DNA of 64,000 nucleotides, from the NCBI GenBank assembly GCA_963845065.1, contig CAWJQQ010000002.1, forward strand, positions 405,597 to 469,596. The letters are read 5' to 3'. This stretch comes from Nitrospirota bacterium (GTDB taxonomy: Bacteria; Nitrospirota; UBA9217). Shown here piece after piece: positions 1 to 9,988 of the stretch. How positions within the stretch are numbered: the stretch's first letter is position 1; each line of letters begins with the position of its first letter. Made by a program: the position numbers and the translations under genes. The notes below the pieces were generated by a model that was not told where the DNA came from, made no database searches, and saw only the letters and a list, made by a program, of their open reading frames with translations.

Positions 1-1
1 T

Positions 2-196
2 GGTACTGTTACGTATAATCAAGCACTCGGTCAGCGACGTGCAGTGAGCGCAAAAAAATACCTGACTGATATGGGTATCTCAGGAAGTCGTATTTCGCTT
101 ATCAGCTATGGCAAGGAAAAGCCGGTATGCACTGAACATACTGAAAAGTGCTGGCAAAAAAACAGAAGAGATGATCTTGTTGCCTTAGGCCAGTAA
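2..196 (+). CDS. Peptidoglycan-associated lipoprotein (OmpA/Pal family), 3' part only; paralog of the pal at 56144-56701
   Basis: Manual translation GTVTYNQALGQRRAVSAKKYLTDMGISGSRISLISYGKEKPVCTEHTEKCWQKNRRDDLVALGQ* closely matches the C-terminus of the 56 kb Pal. Not in the ORF track. Confidence 0.9.
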   Translation, partial: GTVTYNQALGQRRAVSAKKYLTDMGISGSRISLISYGKEKPVCTEHTEKCWQKNRRDDLVALGQ

Positions 197-339
197 GGGC
201 GCTGTAGAAGGATATCAACCTCTTTGCATTCATATCTAAAAGTAGCTTCTCTACTTTATGATATTATGAAGGAGGTAAACGAGATACGGTTCTTCAAGCT
301 TCTCAATATTGTACCAGAAATATCTCACATAGGGTCGAT

Positions 340-559
340 AAGGCATTCGACAAAAGAAAATCCACAAAGTAAGGCTTCACACAAGGCTTGGAATTGGCTC
401 TTATTACTGCCATTCCTCGGGCTGATGTGGCCTCCCCTGTACGCAAAAACCGATCCGGTATTGTTCGGTTTCCCTTTCTTTTACTGGTATCAGTTTGCGT
501 GAGTTATTGCGAGCGCTTTTCTGACCGGCATTGTCTACCTCGCAACGCGAAGGAGGTAA
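340..559 (+). pseudogene. DUF3311-type small membrane protein (partner of solute:sodium symporters) with a premature TGA
   Basis: WNWLLLLPFLGLMWPPLYAKTDPVLFGFPFFYWYQFA*VIASAFLTGIVYLATRRR*. TGA at 500-502 falls where the family usually has Trp. The 5' boundary is approximate. Confidence 0.75.
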
Positions 560-563
560 TGCC

Positions 564-2131
564 ATGGTTAAGTGGACTGAACTTGGTGTTTTTATTTTTT
601 TCTTCCTGTTAGTAATTAGTAACCGTACCTCGGCTTTATTGCCGCGAAGTGGAGACGAGGTGATCTCAACCGCATCGAAGAGTGGGGACTTGCAGGACGA
701 CGGTTTGGGACTCTGGTAACGTGGTTCCTTGTAGGGGGAGATTTCTATACTGCGTATACGGTGATTGCGGTCCCTGCGCTGGTTTTCGGCGTGGGCGCCA
801 TGGGTCTGTTTGCTCTGCCGTATACGATCATCGTCTATCCTATCGTTTATCTCACTATGCCGCGCCTGTGGGCTGTGGCCAAACAGCATGGGTTTGTGAC
901 TCCTGCTGATTTTGTGCGCGGACGCTACGGTTCGCCCAGTCTTGCGCTGGCTGTTACGTTTACCGGGATACTGGCGACCATGCCGTACATAGCGTTGCAA
1001 CTGGTAGGTATTCAGGTCGTAATCAGGGCCCTGGGAATACTCGGCGCCGGATGGATGAAAGATCTGCCGCTCATTATTGCATTTGTGATACTTGCACTGT
1101 ATACGTACACAAACGGCCTGCGTGCTCCGGCGCTCATAGCGCTGGTCAAAGATTCGATGATCTATCTTATGGTCATCGCCGCGGTAATTATGATACCAGC
1201 GGCACTGGGCGGGTACTCAGAGGTGTTCAGGCTTGCTGATCGGGCGCTTGCCGCAAAAGCGACCGTGGGCCATCTTATTCTCCCCGCTGCCGGCTTTAGC
1301 ACATATGCGACGCTTGCGTTCGGTTCAGCGCTGGCAGCTTTTGTCTATCCGCATACCATTACGGGCATCCTGAGCTCATCCAGCGGCCACGCCATCAGGC
1401 GCAATGCGGCCCTTTTGCTCGCGTATAAGTTTCTTCTTGGGTTGATAGCTCTTCTCGGGCTAATGGCCCTTGCAGCTGGTATCAATCCCCCGACCCCGAA
1501 CGACGCTGTTCCCCAACTGTTTCTCAAGATGTTTCCGCCATGGTTCAGGGGGTTCTGTTTTGCTGCTATCGTGCTCGGGGCGCTCGTACCCGCGGCTATC
1601 ATGTCCATTGCTGCGGCAAACCTGTTTACACGGAATATCTATCGTGAATACATCAGGCCAGACGTAACGCAACAGCAAGAAGCCAAAGTGGCAAAGCTCG
1701 TGTCCCTGGTTGTAAAACTCGGAGCGCTTGCCTTTGTAATTTTCCTGCCACTGCAATACGCCATCGTGCTGCAGTTGCTGGGAGGCATCTGGATCGTAGA
1801 GACCTTTCCTTCGATCATCTTTGGTCTTTTTACCCGCTGGCTTCACCATCGTGCGCTGCTCGTTGGCTGGTTTGCAGGCATGATTATCGGAACAGGAATG
1901 GTGGCCACATCGGGTTTTAAGTCACCAATCTATACGCTCCATTTGGGTAGCTTGGCTATTCCGGCATACGCGGGGGTATATGCCTTAGCGGTGAACCTCA
2001 TCATCTCAGTAGTTCTGACCGTGGTCTTTGATGCCATAGGCATAAAACGGTTACCTGACAAGACCCGGCAAGAGGATTATGACGAAGACGCGGTAAGTGT
2101 TATGGTTACAGATATAAAAAAAGCAGCCTGA
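564..2131 (+). pseudogene. Solute:sodium symporter (SSS, MctP-like monocarboxylate permease), frameshifted near the 5' end
   Basis: AGGAGG then ATG at 564 (MVKWTELGVFIFFFLLV). After the tandem duplication TTAGTAA-TTAGTAA (~609-622) the family sequence YLGFIAAKWRRGDLNRIEEWGLAGRRFG...GGDFYTAYT continues in the frame of ORF 761-2131. Confidence 0.8.
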
Positions 2132-2200
2132 CCACTCCCCATTGTTAAAAGCAGGGGACTTTGCGCGAAGTTTTCGGTAAAGGGTAGAGAAAAAGGAAAG
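2127..2200. repeat. Dispersed repeat resembling an IS200/IS605 end, copy 1 (copy 2 at 55083-55160)
   Basis: CCTGACCACTCCCCATTGTTAAAAGCAGGGG...TCGGTAAA..GTAGA aligns with CCTGACCACTCCTCATTGTTGAGACCATGGG...TCGGTAAA..GTAGA. Confidence 0.55.
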
Positions 2201-2618
2201 GGTTACAGAAGTATTCAAGAACCTTGCTCTATACACGTATACACGGCCCCGACAGATTAGTGGTCGCATTTCCTCCAATCTGCCGGGGTCGTTTACGAGA
2301 TGTATGCTATGACTGGAAGCTGTTACAATTCATGTTGTATCAAGAAAGACGAACTTCACGCGACATAAAGTTGTCACGTAGGGAACGTTAAAAAGCCTTA
2401 ATTTTCGAATAAATTGCTTTCCCTCACTCCTAATATCGTCAAAACGTCCTTATACACGACGATCTTTGAAATGCGAGACGCAGTTTTCTGACCTAAGAAA
2501 ACTATTTCTTAACACAATAATTATTCTTTAGATGGCTCTTCGCGATACACCCGTTCTGGCGCCGGCCTCCGCTTGCGTAAGGTTATCCAGATCGTAGAGC
2601 TCTGCAGCGATCGGTATA

Positions 2619-2746
2619 GTGAATTACCCCGCAGCAGAGCTGCGGGGCATCAAAACCGATAGAACCTAAAACCAATCAGATTCTTATCCTGACTTCGTCA
2701 GGATTGTCCTTTTCATCCCCGCAGTAGAACTGCTGGGTATTCAAGG
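2619..2746. mobile_element. Non-autonomous IS200/IS605-like palindromic miniature element (about 130 bp)
   Basis: Two related hairpins, GTGAATTACCCCGCAGCAGAGCTGCGGGGCATC and TTCATCCCCGCAGTAGAACTGCTGGGTATTC, flank a short non-coding spacer. Confidence 0.5.
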
Positions 2747-2823
2747 ACAGGTTTTATAAATTGTTGTTTTAGAAGTGTGATGTGTTGAGTATATGTTCTT
2801 TATCTGAAACTCTAACCTGAGAG

Positions 2824-3576
2824 TCACAACCGTTTCCACTGCTTCGTGTCAGGGTTAAATGCCTCGCTGAATGCGGTAACCTCTTCTTTTAGCCCAACTT
2901 CGTAACCTTCACTCAGACCGAAATTCACTAGCATTTTGATGGAATGGAGTGAACTCAGGCTATTGGCTCCGATCCTGACTGCAAGCTTGTTTGCCTCCTC
3001 ATCAATGATATCTGCCGGGACGATATAGTTGACCAGTCCGATCCTTAGTGCCTCCTCAGCATCGATAATGCGGCCGGTATAGAGCAATTCCTTGGCCCTG
3101 CCAATGCCCACTGTTTTATAGAGCCGCTGTGATGTTCCAAAAATAGGTGGCACACCGAACTGTGCCTCAGGAAACGAAAAGACCGTACCAGTCGAGGCGA
3201 TTCTAATGTCCGCCGCGAGTGCCAGTCCAATGCCCACTCCCGTAGTTTCGCCTTTGACCACGGCTATGACCGGTACCGGAAGATTCTCAATGTGCTTGAG
3301 AAGGCTGTACCCTACCTCGGCAAAGTGTCCGGCTTCGTCTTTTGACATTTTCACGAATCCTGCATAATCGATTCCCGCGGAGAAGTTCTTCCCCTTCGCC
3401 GAGACCACGACCACGCGAAGCTCAGCCTTGGTGGAGAGCAGATCGCTCACAGTCTTGTTCAGCATCGAAAGGACTTCCTTATCCAGATAGTTATCCGGCG
3501 GATTGTCTATGGTGAGTGTGCTGATCCAATTGTCGCATTCTACATTTACGTATATATGTGACATGATTTCCTCCAT
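2824..3576 (-). CDS. Enoyl-CoA hydratase/isomerase (crotonase) family protein
   Basis: FSAGID, LALAADIRIAS, FSFPE and AKELLYTGRIIDAEEALRIGLVN crotonase motifs. Confidence 0.9.
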   Translation of the reverse strand: MEEIMSHIYVNVECDNWISTLTIDNPPDNYLDKEVLSMLNKTVSDLLSTKAELRVVVVSAKGKNFSAGIDYAGFVKMSKDEAGHFAEVGYSLLKHIENLPVPVIAVVKGETTGVGIGLALAADIRIASTGTVFSFPEAQFGVPPIFGTSQRLYKTVGIGRAKELLYTGRIIDAEEALRIGLVNYIVPADIIDEEANKLAVRIGANSLSSLHSIKMLVNFGLSEGYEVGLKEEVTAFSEAFNPDTKQWKRL

Positions 3577-3594
3577 TTCGCATTCCTCAATTTA

Positions 3595-6500
3595 TTATGC
3601 GGTCTCCCAGTTCTTCTTCTCTAGAATATAGTAAAATACTGGGATCACTACCAGCGTGAGCACTGTGGATGCCATCATCCCGAAGATGAGCGCAAGGGCC
3701 AGACCGGACCAGACCGGATCTGTCACGATTACGGCGGAGCCGAGGATCGCCGCTGCCGCGGTCAGCACAATGGGACGGGTACGGATCGCACCTGCCTCGA
3801 TCAGCGCCTGCACGAGCGGCATGCCTTCCTGCTTCTTGTCCAAGATGAATTCAAGCAACACGATTGAATTTCTGACTACGATGCCCGCCAAGGCGATCAC
3901 GCCGATCATGGAAGTAGCGCTGAAGTAAACATTGGTCATAGCAAAGCCGGGCATGATGCCGATCATCGAGAGTGGTATCGCGGCCATGATAACAACCGGG
4001 ATGGTGAAGGACCGGAATCTGCCTACGAGCAAGAGGTAGATCGCGATCAGGGCCACGCCCATGGCCGCGCCGAGGTCGCGAAATACATCAAGCGTAAGCT
4101 TCATTTCGCCGTCCCATTTAAGCTTATATCCCTCTGGCAACGGATGCTTCCAAAGATAGCGCATCATATCTATGACCGCGTAGACCTGGCTCCGGTTGCC
4201 CATCTCGCCATAGACGTAAGTCACAGGCTGCAGGTTTTTATGATAAATGGTCTTGTCCATCTCCGAGGGTACGATCTTCACCAAAGATGAGAGTGGCACC
4301 TGGCTGCCTTGTGGGCTGCTCAGATATACTTTATCCATGTCTGACAGCCCGCTACGGTCGCCTTTTGGCAGACGCAGCATGATCACTACGGGTGTCTTAG
4401 TCTCGGGGCGGTGCAGGGTGGATACGGCCATGCCCGCCACCGAAAGCCGCAGAGTCTGCACGATCTGTTCCGTCGAGATGCCCATAAGTGCCGCCTTTTC
4501 CTTGTCCACGAGCAACTGGTACTTGACCTGTATCTCTTTCACGCTGTCGTCGATGTCCACGACCTGGTCCGTTTTCGCAAAGAGTGTCTTGATATCCTGG
4601 GCGATTTCCCGCTGTTTGTTGTAATCGGGGCCGTAGATTTCCGCCACGACGGTGGCGCGGACCGGTGGACCCGGCGGATCTTCGACAAGTTTAATGTTCG
4701 CACCATAGGCCCGCGCGAGTTTGTCGATGTCAGGTCTGATTTGGAGTACAATCATTTCGCTCGACCGTTTCCGCTTTTCCTTGTCAATGAGGTTCACGCG
4801 GATATCGGCGAAATGGCTTGCCTCACGGAATGCACTTCCTCGAAGCAGACCGTTAAAATCCATCACCGAACCGGTTCCGACAAAGGTCTCATAATCCTTC
4901 ACCTCCGGGATGCGACGGATGTAGTCGCCTACTGCACGCACCACGCGGTCCGTGTTCTCTATCACTGTGCCAGCGGGCATGTCAATGGAAACGAGAAAAG
5001 TGTTCTTGTTCGCTTTGGGCAGCATGCGGAATTTAACCCACTGAAACACAGGAAAGCTCATGGTGATGAGAAAAAACACGGTAATGATGCCAAGAAAAAT
5101 CCTGCGTTTAGTCACATTCTCGAGCAGCGGTGAGAGAATCTTTTTATACAAACGAAAGCTCTTTGTCTCTTCTAGTGATGGCTGCGTTGTGCCATGGCTA
5201 TCCGACTTCATCAGCCGGTAGCTCGCCCAGGGCGTGACCACAAAGGCAACAAGGAGCGACGTGATCATTGCTACAGGCACATTAAAGGGAATCGGCATCA
5301 TATAGGGTCCCATCATCCCCGTCACAAAAGCCATAGGGATGAAGGCCAACACTACAGTCAGCGTCGCCAAAATGGTAGGCATGCCGATCTCGTTCACAGC
5401 CAGGATTGCGCCTTGCAGCCGCGAGTGCTGCTGCAGCTTATAATGGCGGTGTATATTCTCGACCACTACGATGGCGTCGTCCACAAGAAGTCCGAGCGAC
5501 AGAATCAGGGCAAAGAGCGTGATCCGGTTGATGGTCTGGCCCGCCACCATGCCTACGGCCAGGGTGATGAAGAGTGTGAGCGGTATGGCAAGCGCCACGA
5601 TGGCCGCTTCGCGCCACCCGAGGGTAAAGAACAGCAGGATGATGACCACAATGATCGAGACCACGAGGTGGAACACCAGTTCGTTCACCGCATCGTTCGC
5701 CGTCTTGCCGTCATTCCGCGTTACCGTAACTGCGATGCCGGAGGGGATCTGCGTTTTTTTCAGTAAGTCGAGCTTTGCCAGAATCTCATTCGAAATTTTC
5801 ACGGCATTCAGCTTCTGCTGTTTTGCCAGCGCTATGGTAACGGCCGGCCTCTCAGGAGATGTGCTCCTACTGTCCGCTTGTGTGACGCCATGATCCGCTT
5901 CATGATTGATGTTGAAGGCTATTCGCGTGAGCTTCACAGTTTCTTCGAATCCGTCGGTAACGTCCGCCACGTCGCTTAGATATATTGGTTTACCGTTCGC
6001 GACACCGACCACGGCGTTCCTCACGTCACTCGCCTTCTCAAAAAAACCGCCGGTCTCGAGCGGAAGCTTCCTGCTGCCCTGCTCAAGATTTCCAGACAGC
6101 ATATTTTCGTTCGACACATTGATCGCTCCTGCTATCTGGAGCGGAGAGAGCCCGTAGGCAGCGACCCGGAAAGGGTCTAGTGTTACCCTTACTTGTCGAT
6201 TCCTTCCGCCTATGATGTCGGTATTACCGACTCCTGGTACTTTTCGCAATTCGTCGAGCACATGATCTGCCACGATCCGGAGCTGTCCATCGTCGTAATT
6301 TGTTCCCGGCGCTCCTGAAAGCGTGATCGCCACGATAGGCACATCGTCCACATCAATGGGCTTCACCAGCGGCTGGGATGCTCCGGGCGGGGCGATATCC
6401 ATGTTGGACATGAGTTTGTCATAGAGCTTTACCATTGACCGCTCTTTGTCCTGTCCCACGTAGAATTTCACGGTAACCACGGACATTGAGTTCATGGATA

Positions 6501-6762
6501 CCGAGTAGACATCCTCAACTCCCGGAATCTCCCAGAGCTTGGCTTCGAGTGGTTTTGAAATGAGTTCTTCGACTTCCTGAGCTGAGGCGCCGGGCATCAT
6601 GACCATCACGTTAGCTGCGGGTACGGTGATCTGTGGGTTTTCCTCTCGCGGGGTGAACCACAGGGCGAAGAGGCCCAGTATTGCCGTTGCCGCCATGAGT
6701 AGCACAGTGAGCTGGGAGTTGATGAAGTATTGCGTTATCTTTCCGCTGATGTTGAGTTTCAT
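3595..6762 (-). CDS. RND efflux permease (AcrB/AcrD/AcrF family)
   Basis: 1055 aa with two periplasmic loops, GLLVDDAIVVVEN, GIVVRNSI and RTRPIVLT motifs. Confidence 0.95.
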   Translation of the reverse strand: MKLNISGKITQYFINSQLTVLLMAATAILGLFALWFTPREENPQITVPAANVMVMMPGASAQEVEELISKPLEAKLWEIPGVEDVYSVSMNSMSVVTVKFYVGQDKERSMVKLYDKLMSNMDIAPPGASQPLVKPIDVDDVPIVAITLSGAPGTNYDDGQLRIVADHVLDELRKVPGVGNTDIIGGRNRQVRVTLDPFRVAAYGLSPLQIAGAINVSNENMLSGNLEQGSRKLPLETGGFFEKASDVRNAVVGVANGKPIYLSDVADVTDGFEETVKLTRIAFNINHEADHGVTQADSRSTSPERPAVTIALAKQQKLNAVKISNEILAKLDLLKKTQIPSGIAVTVTRNDGKTANDAVNELVFHLVVSIIVVIILLFFTLGWREAAIVALAIPLTLFITLAVGMVAGQTINRITLFALILSLGLLVDDAIVVVENIHRHYKLQQHSRLQGAILAVNEIGMPTILATLTVVLAFIPMAFVTGMMGPYMMPIPFNVPVAMITSLLVAFVVTPWASYRLMKSDSHGTTQPSLEETKSFRLYKKILSPLLENVTKRRIFLGIITVFFLITMSFPVFQWVKFRMLPKANKNTFLVSIDMPAGTVIENTDRVVRAVGDYIRRIPEVKDYETFVGTGSVMDFNGLLRGSAFREASHFADIRVNLIDKEKRKRSSEMIVLQIRPDIDKLARAYGANIKLVEDPPGPPVRATVVAEIYGPDYNKQREIAQDIKTLFAKTDQVVDIDDSVKEIQVKYQLLVDKEKAALMGISTEQIVQTLRLSVAGMAVSTLHRPETKTPVVIMLRLPKGDRSGLSDMDKVYLSSPQGSQVPLSSLVKIVPSEMDKTIYHKNLQPVTYVYGEMGNRSQVYAVIDMMRYLWKHPLPEGYKLKWDGEMKLTLDVFRDLGAAMGVALIAIYLLLVGRFRSFTIPVVIMAAIPLSMIGIMPGFAMTNVYFSATSMIGVIALAGIVVRNSIVLLEFILDKKQEGMPLVQALIEAGAIRTRPIVLTAAAAILGSAVIVTDPVWSGLALALIFGMMASTVLTLVVIPVFYYILEKKNWETA

Positions 6763-6849
6763 GATGTATCCTTATGGACAACGTGAATAGAGAAACGTGA
6801 ATGTTCCCACCGATCCTTTTACGTTTCCCACCTCACGCTTTACGATTTG

Positions 6850-7938
6850 TTATTTCTGCGCCACAATGACTTTCCTGCCATCTATGCTCGTAGTCTGCCT
6901 GTTCACGATCACTCTGTCGCCTGACTTGAGGCCGGTCACTGCTTCGATCTGGTCGCCCTGGAAGTCGCCGGGCTGGATCATCTGGAACTCAGCGCTCCCC
7001 TCGGCGGTTACGATATAGACACCCAACAGGCCCGACATCGTGACGACCGCCGATCGGGGCACGAAGATTGCCTCGCGTTTGCCGATGCTAAAGAACGCCT
7101 TACCGTACATGCCCGTAATGAGGTTCTTAGCAGCAGGGATATCGATCTTGACCACAAATGAGTGGGTCCGCACATCGGCAGCCTGGACCACCTGGGCGAC
7201 GCGTCCCCTGATCTCCATGCTTGGCAGCGCATCGATCCGGACGGTTACGGTTTTGCGGGGCTTGATTGAGCTGAGTTCTTGCTCCCGGACCGTGACCTCG
7301 AGCCAGAGGTTCTTGTTGTCTTCAATCCTAAGGAGAGGTTGGCCGGGAAGCGCCATTTCACCGAGATTTATCCTTTTTTCCACAATCTGGCCTGCTATAG
7401 GCGCCGTAATGATCGTGTAGCTTTCCATTGCTTTCGCCGCGTTCAGCCCGGCCTTGGCCGACTCAAATCCGAGAGTAGCCTGGTCCATCTCCATCTGCGT
7501 GGCTGCTTGCACATCGAAGAGGCTCTTGAGCCGCTCATACTGAAGTCTTGCATTATTGAACGAGGCCTTGGCCTGGTACATTTGGGCACTGATCTCGCCA
7601 CTTTCGATCTTGAGCAGCAGTTTGCCCGCGGTCACATAACTTCCTTCTTGGACCGTCAGTTCCGTGACTTTTCCCATCACCTTGCTGGAAAGCACCGAGG
7701 TATTCTTGGAGTTGAGTGTCCCGACCGCGGACATGACCGCATCGACGGTTCTGGGTTCGACCAAGATTGTCGAGACATGTATCGGATCTTCGGACTTCGG
7801 TACATTCGCATAGCTGTTGCTCTTGCCAAAGGTCATATATCCAAAGCCCAGTACTGCCACGGCTACGCAAACCGATGCTCCGGCAATAACTTTTTTATTA
7901 ATGATTTTCATCTTTCCTTTTAAGTTTTGTACATCCAT
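6850..7938 (-). CDS. RND periplasmic adaptor (membrane fusion protein)
   Basis: N-terminal anchor, lipoyl half-motifs (SKVMGKVTELTVQEG, ITAPIAGQIVEK) and a coiled coil. Located between TolC and the RND permease. Confidence 0.92.
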   Translation of the reverse strand: MDVQNLKGKMKIINKKVIAGASVCVAVAVLGFGYMTFGKSNSYANVPKSEDPIHVSTILVEPRTVDAVMSAVGTLNSKNTSVLSSKVMGKVTELTVQEGSYVTAGKLLLKIESGEISAQMYQAKASFNNARLQYERLKSLFDVQAATQMEMDQATLGFESAKAGLNAAKAMESYTIITAPIAGQIVEKRINLGEMALPGQPLLRIEDNKNLWLEVTVREQELSSIKPRKTVTVRIDALPSMEIRGRVAQVVQAADVRTHSFVVKIDIPAAKNLITGMYGKAFFSIGKREAIFVPRSAVVTMSGLLGVYIVTAEGSAEFQMIQPGDFQGDQIEAVTGLKSGDRVIVNRQTTSIDGRKVIVAQK

Positions 7939-7977
7939 GATAATCTCCTCACTTTCAATTTCATTCTCAATCTTATC

Positions 7978-9333
7978 TTACAATGTCCCTGTAGCTAGCT
8001 TCAGCTCCGTTTGGGCAATATTATTGTCATAGAGCGCTTGAAGGGCGTTGGTCCGCGACCTGATGAGCGCGTTCTCCGCGCCTAGTACGTCAACGAAAGT
8101 CGTCATACCGGTTTCATACCGTTTCTGCACTATTCGGAGGCCTTCCTCGGCCTCCTGGACCGATGATCCCGATGCCGAGATCCGGTCGGTGGAAGCCGTC
8201 AAGTTGTAGTACGCCTGTCTGACCTGGAGTTGAACCACCGACTTTGTCTGCTCCTCAAGCGCCTGCATACGCTTGCTTGTTGCGAGCGCTTCCTTCACTT
8301 TAGACCTGGTTACAAGACCGTCGAAAAGGTTCCACTGCAGCACAGCCATAACAGCCCAGCTCTTCGCGTCATCGCCAGCGATCTTGCCGCTGTTCCAGTC
8401 CATTTGGCCCGTTACATTGAGACTCGGAAGATAATCGGCCCGGGCCATGGTGACGGATTTCTCTGCATTCAAACGGTTCAGATCCATCGACTGGAGATCG
8501 GATCGTTTCCGAGTCGCTTCGTTGATTAGAACATTTATTTCAGTCGTTTGGTCCTGCTCCGAAAGTGTACCGGCCACCTCGTATTCTGTTCCTTGGGGCA
8601 CGCCTATGGCGAAGTTGAGACTCGCCGCTGCAAGCTTTTCACCGTTCTCTGAGCGCGTCAGCATCTCTCTTATTTCGGCTAGCTGCACTTTTGCCTGAAG
8701 CAGGTCGGACTGGAGTACCGCACCCACCTTGAATCTCGCCTCTGCAAGCTGAACGTTCGCCTCGCTCGTTTCGACGGACTGGAGCGCGACGATGTGGTAG
8801 TCCTTGGCGAGCAGCAGCCCATAATATGCTTTGACGACATTGTAAACCGTTTCCTGACGAGTCCGTTCCCGGTCCTGGATCGAGGCATCCTTCGCAAGCC
8901 TAGCCTGATCCCAACCTATGTATTCCTTACCACCATTAAAGACCGGCTGCGTGACCGAGAGCCTCGCGTTGTAGTTCGATATTGCAGCGGGATTATTGAT
9001 TACCACCGGGTTGAAGTCAGTGGGAGTAATAATCTCCTGGTTCAGCTTGGTCCCGAGCACCATCAAAGGATTATCGGTTCTGCTCCAGGTTTCCGATATT
9101 GTTACCTTCGGCAAAAATCCCGCTGCCGACCCGAGCACTTCGGCGTCGGCTGCTTCAACCCGGGAATCAGCTGCTTTGAGTACGGGGTTATTATGAAGCG
9201 CTATATTGACAGCCTGCTCCAGAGTAAGGGACTCAGCTGCGTAGCTGTATGATGCGACGACCAAAACAAGCAGCATGAGCAGAAGAAAATAAAACCCAAA
9301 AATTCTTATTCTGCAGTTCAGGCTGACTGACAT
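7978..9333 (-). CDS. TolC-family outer membrane efflux protein
   Basis: Signal peptide, LTLEQAVNIALHNNP and duplicated OEP repeats. Start placed at ATG 9333 (the ORF track extends it to 9375). Confidence 0.92.
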   Translation of the reverse strand: MSVSLNCRIRIFGFYFLLLMLLVLVVASYSYAAESLTLEQAVNIALHNNPVLKAADSRVEAADAEVLGSAAGFLPKVTISETWSRTDNPLMVLGTKLNQEIITPTDFNPVVINNPAAISNYNARLSVTQPVFNGGKEYIGWDQARLAKDASIQDRERTRQETVYNVVKAYYGLLLAKDYHIVALQSVETSEANVQLAEARFKVGAVLQSDLLQAKVQLAEIREMLTRSENGEKLAAASLNFAIGVPQGTEYEVAGTLSEQDQTTEINVLINEATRKRSDLQSMDLNRLNAEKSVTMARADYLPSLNVTGQMDWNSGKIAGDDAKSWAVMAVLQWNLFDGLVTRSKVKEALATSKRMQALEEQTKSVVQLQVRQAYYNLTASTDRISASGSSVQEAEEGLRIVQKRYETGMTTFVDVLGAENALIRSRTNALQALYDNNIAQTELKLATGTL

Positions 9334-9341
9334 CAAGTCTC

Positions 9342-9668
9342 TTACCCCAAAGATGCATTTCCAGCCATATTCCATAGCATGATTCCGCCTTCCAGATTTT
9401 TTACTTTATATCCCAACTGTGAAAGATAGGAGCAGGCAAGGCACTCCGGTTGCTTACCCTGCAGTAGACTACGATCTATTTGTCTTTCGGGAGTTCCTTT
9501 ACCGGATATCCAGTTCCAGGAGCGGAGCAGATAAGACCCCACAAGGGCCTGCGTCTCGTTTTCCTGGGGCGTTCTTACATCGAGCAATAAAAAATCCTCG
9601 CCGCAATTTATTTATTCGTTCAAGGCCCTTGGCCCGATGTTCTTGTAATCCGGTGAATTGAATAACAT
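9342..9668 (-). pseudogene. Single-domain rhodanese (sulfurtransferase) pseudogene
   Basis: Reconstructed as ..NE*INCGEDFLLLDVRTPQE../..ELPKDK*IVVYCRVSNRSA/ACSYLSQLGYKVKNLEGGIMLW, with rhodanese motifs broken by several stops and frameshifts. Confidence 0.8.
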
Positions 9669-9815
9669 AATATCCATCCTTAAAAAACAGTTCTTTGCTT
9701 ATTGATTTCCTTATGATAATGGCATGAAGCTTGAACAAGGGACACTGTCAGGGGAATCCTTCGGTGGTGAATGGATGGGAGATGACAGTGCCCGTTGTCC
9801 TTGCTATGGGTATTA

Positions 9816-9832
9816 TTCAACTTACATGCCAA
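9816..9832 (-). promoter_or_regulatory. Putative sigma54 (-24/-12) promoter of the rhodanese-TolC-MFP-RND operon
   Basis: Minus strand TTGGCATGTAAGTTGAA against consensus TGGCACG-N4-TTGCW, with correct spacing and a variant -12 element. Confidence 0.6.
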
Positions 9833-9895
9833 AAAGGTAACCCATTGGTTTTTAAAGTATTAATTACCTACAAGTTTTAGATGGGATTGATGGAA

Positions 9896-9988
9896 GACAA
9901 CATTGTCGACATAAGACTTTTTTTAACTCATTAAAAACAACTTTTATCTTGTATTCATGAACTTTTCCCGCGTTCGACAATTTTGTCA
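9896..9988. promoter_or_regulatory. Two palindromic GACAA-N2-TTGTC boxes, candidate enhancer (bEBP) sites
   Basis: GACAACATTGTC (~9896-9907) and GACAATTTTGTC (~9976-9987), about 80 bp apart, upstream of the sigma54 motif. Confidence 0.5.

Noticed and set aside
500-502. In-frame TGA in the DUF3311 gene as selenocysteine or code-4 Trp
   Set aside because: It aligns with Trp, not Cys, no SECIS-like hairpin is evident, the partner gene is also broken, and TGA is a normal stop for many genes in this window.
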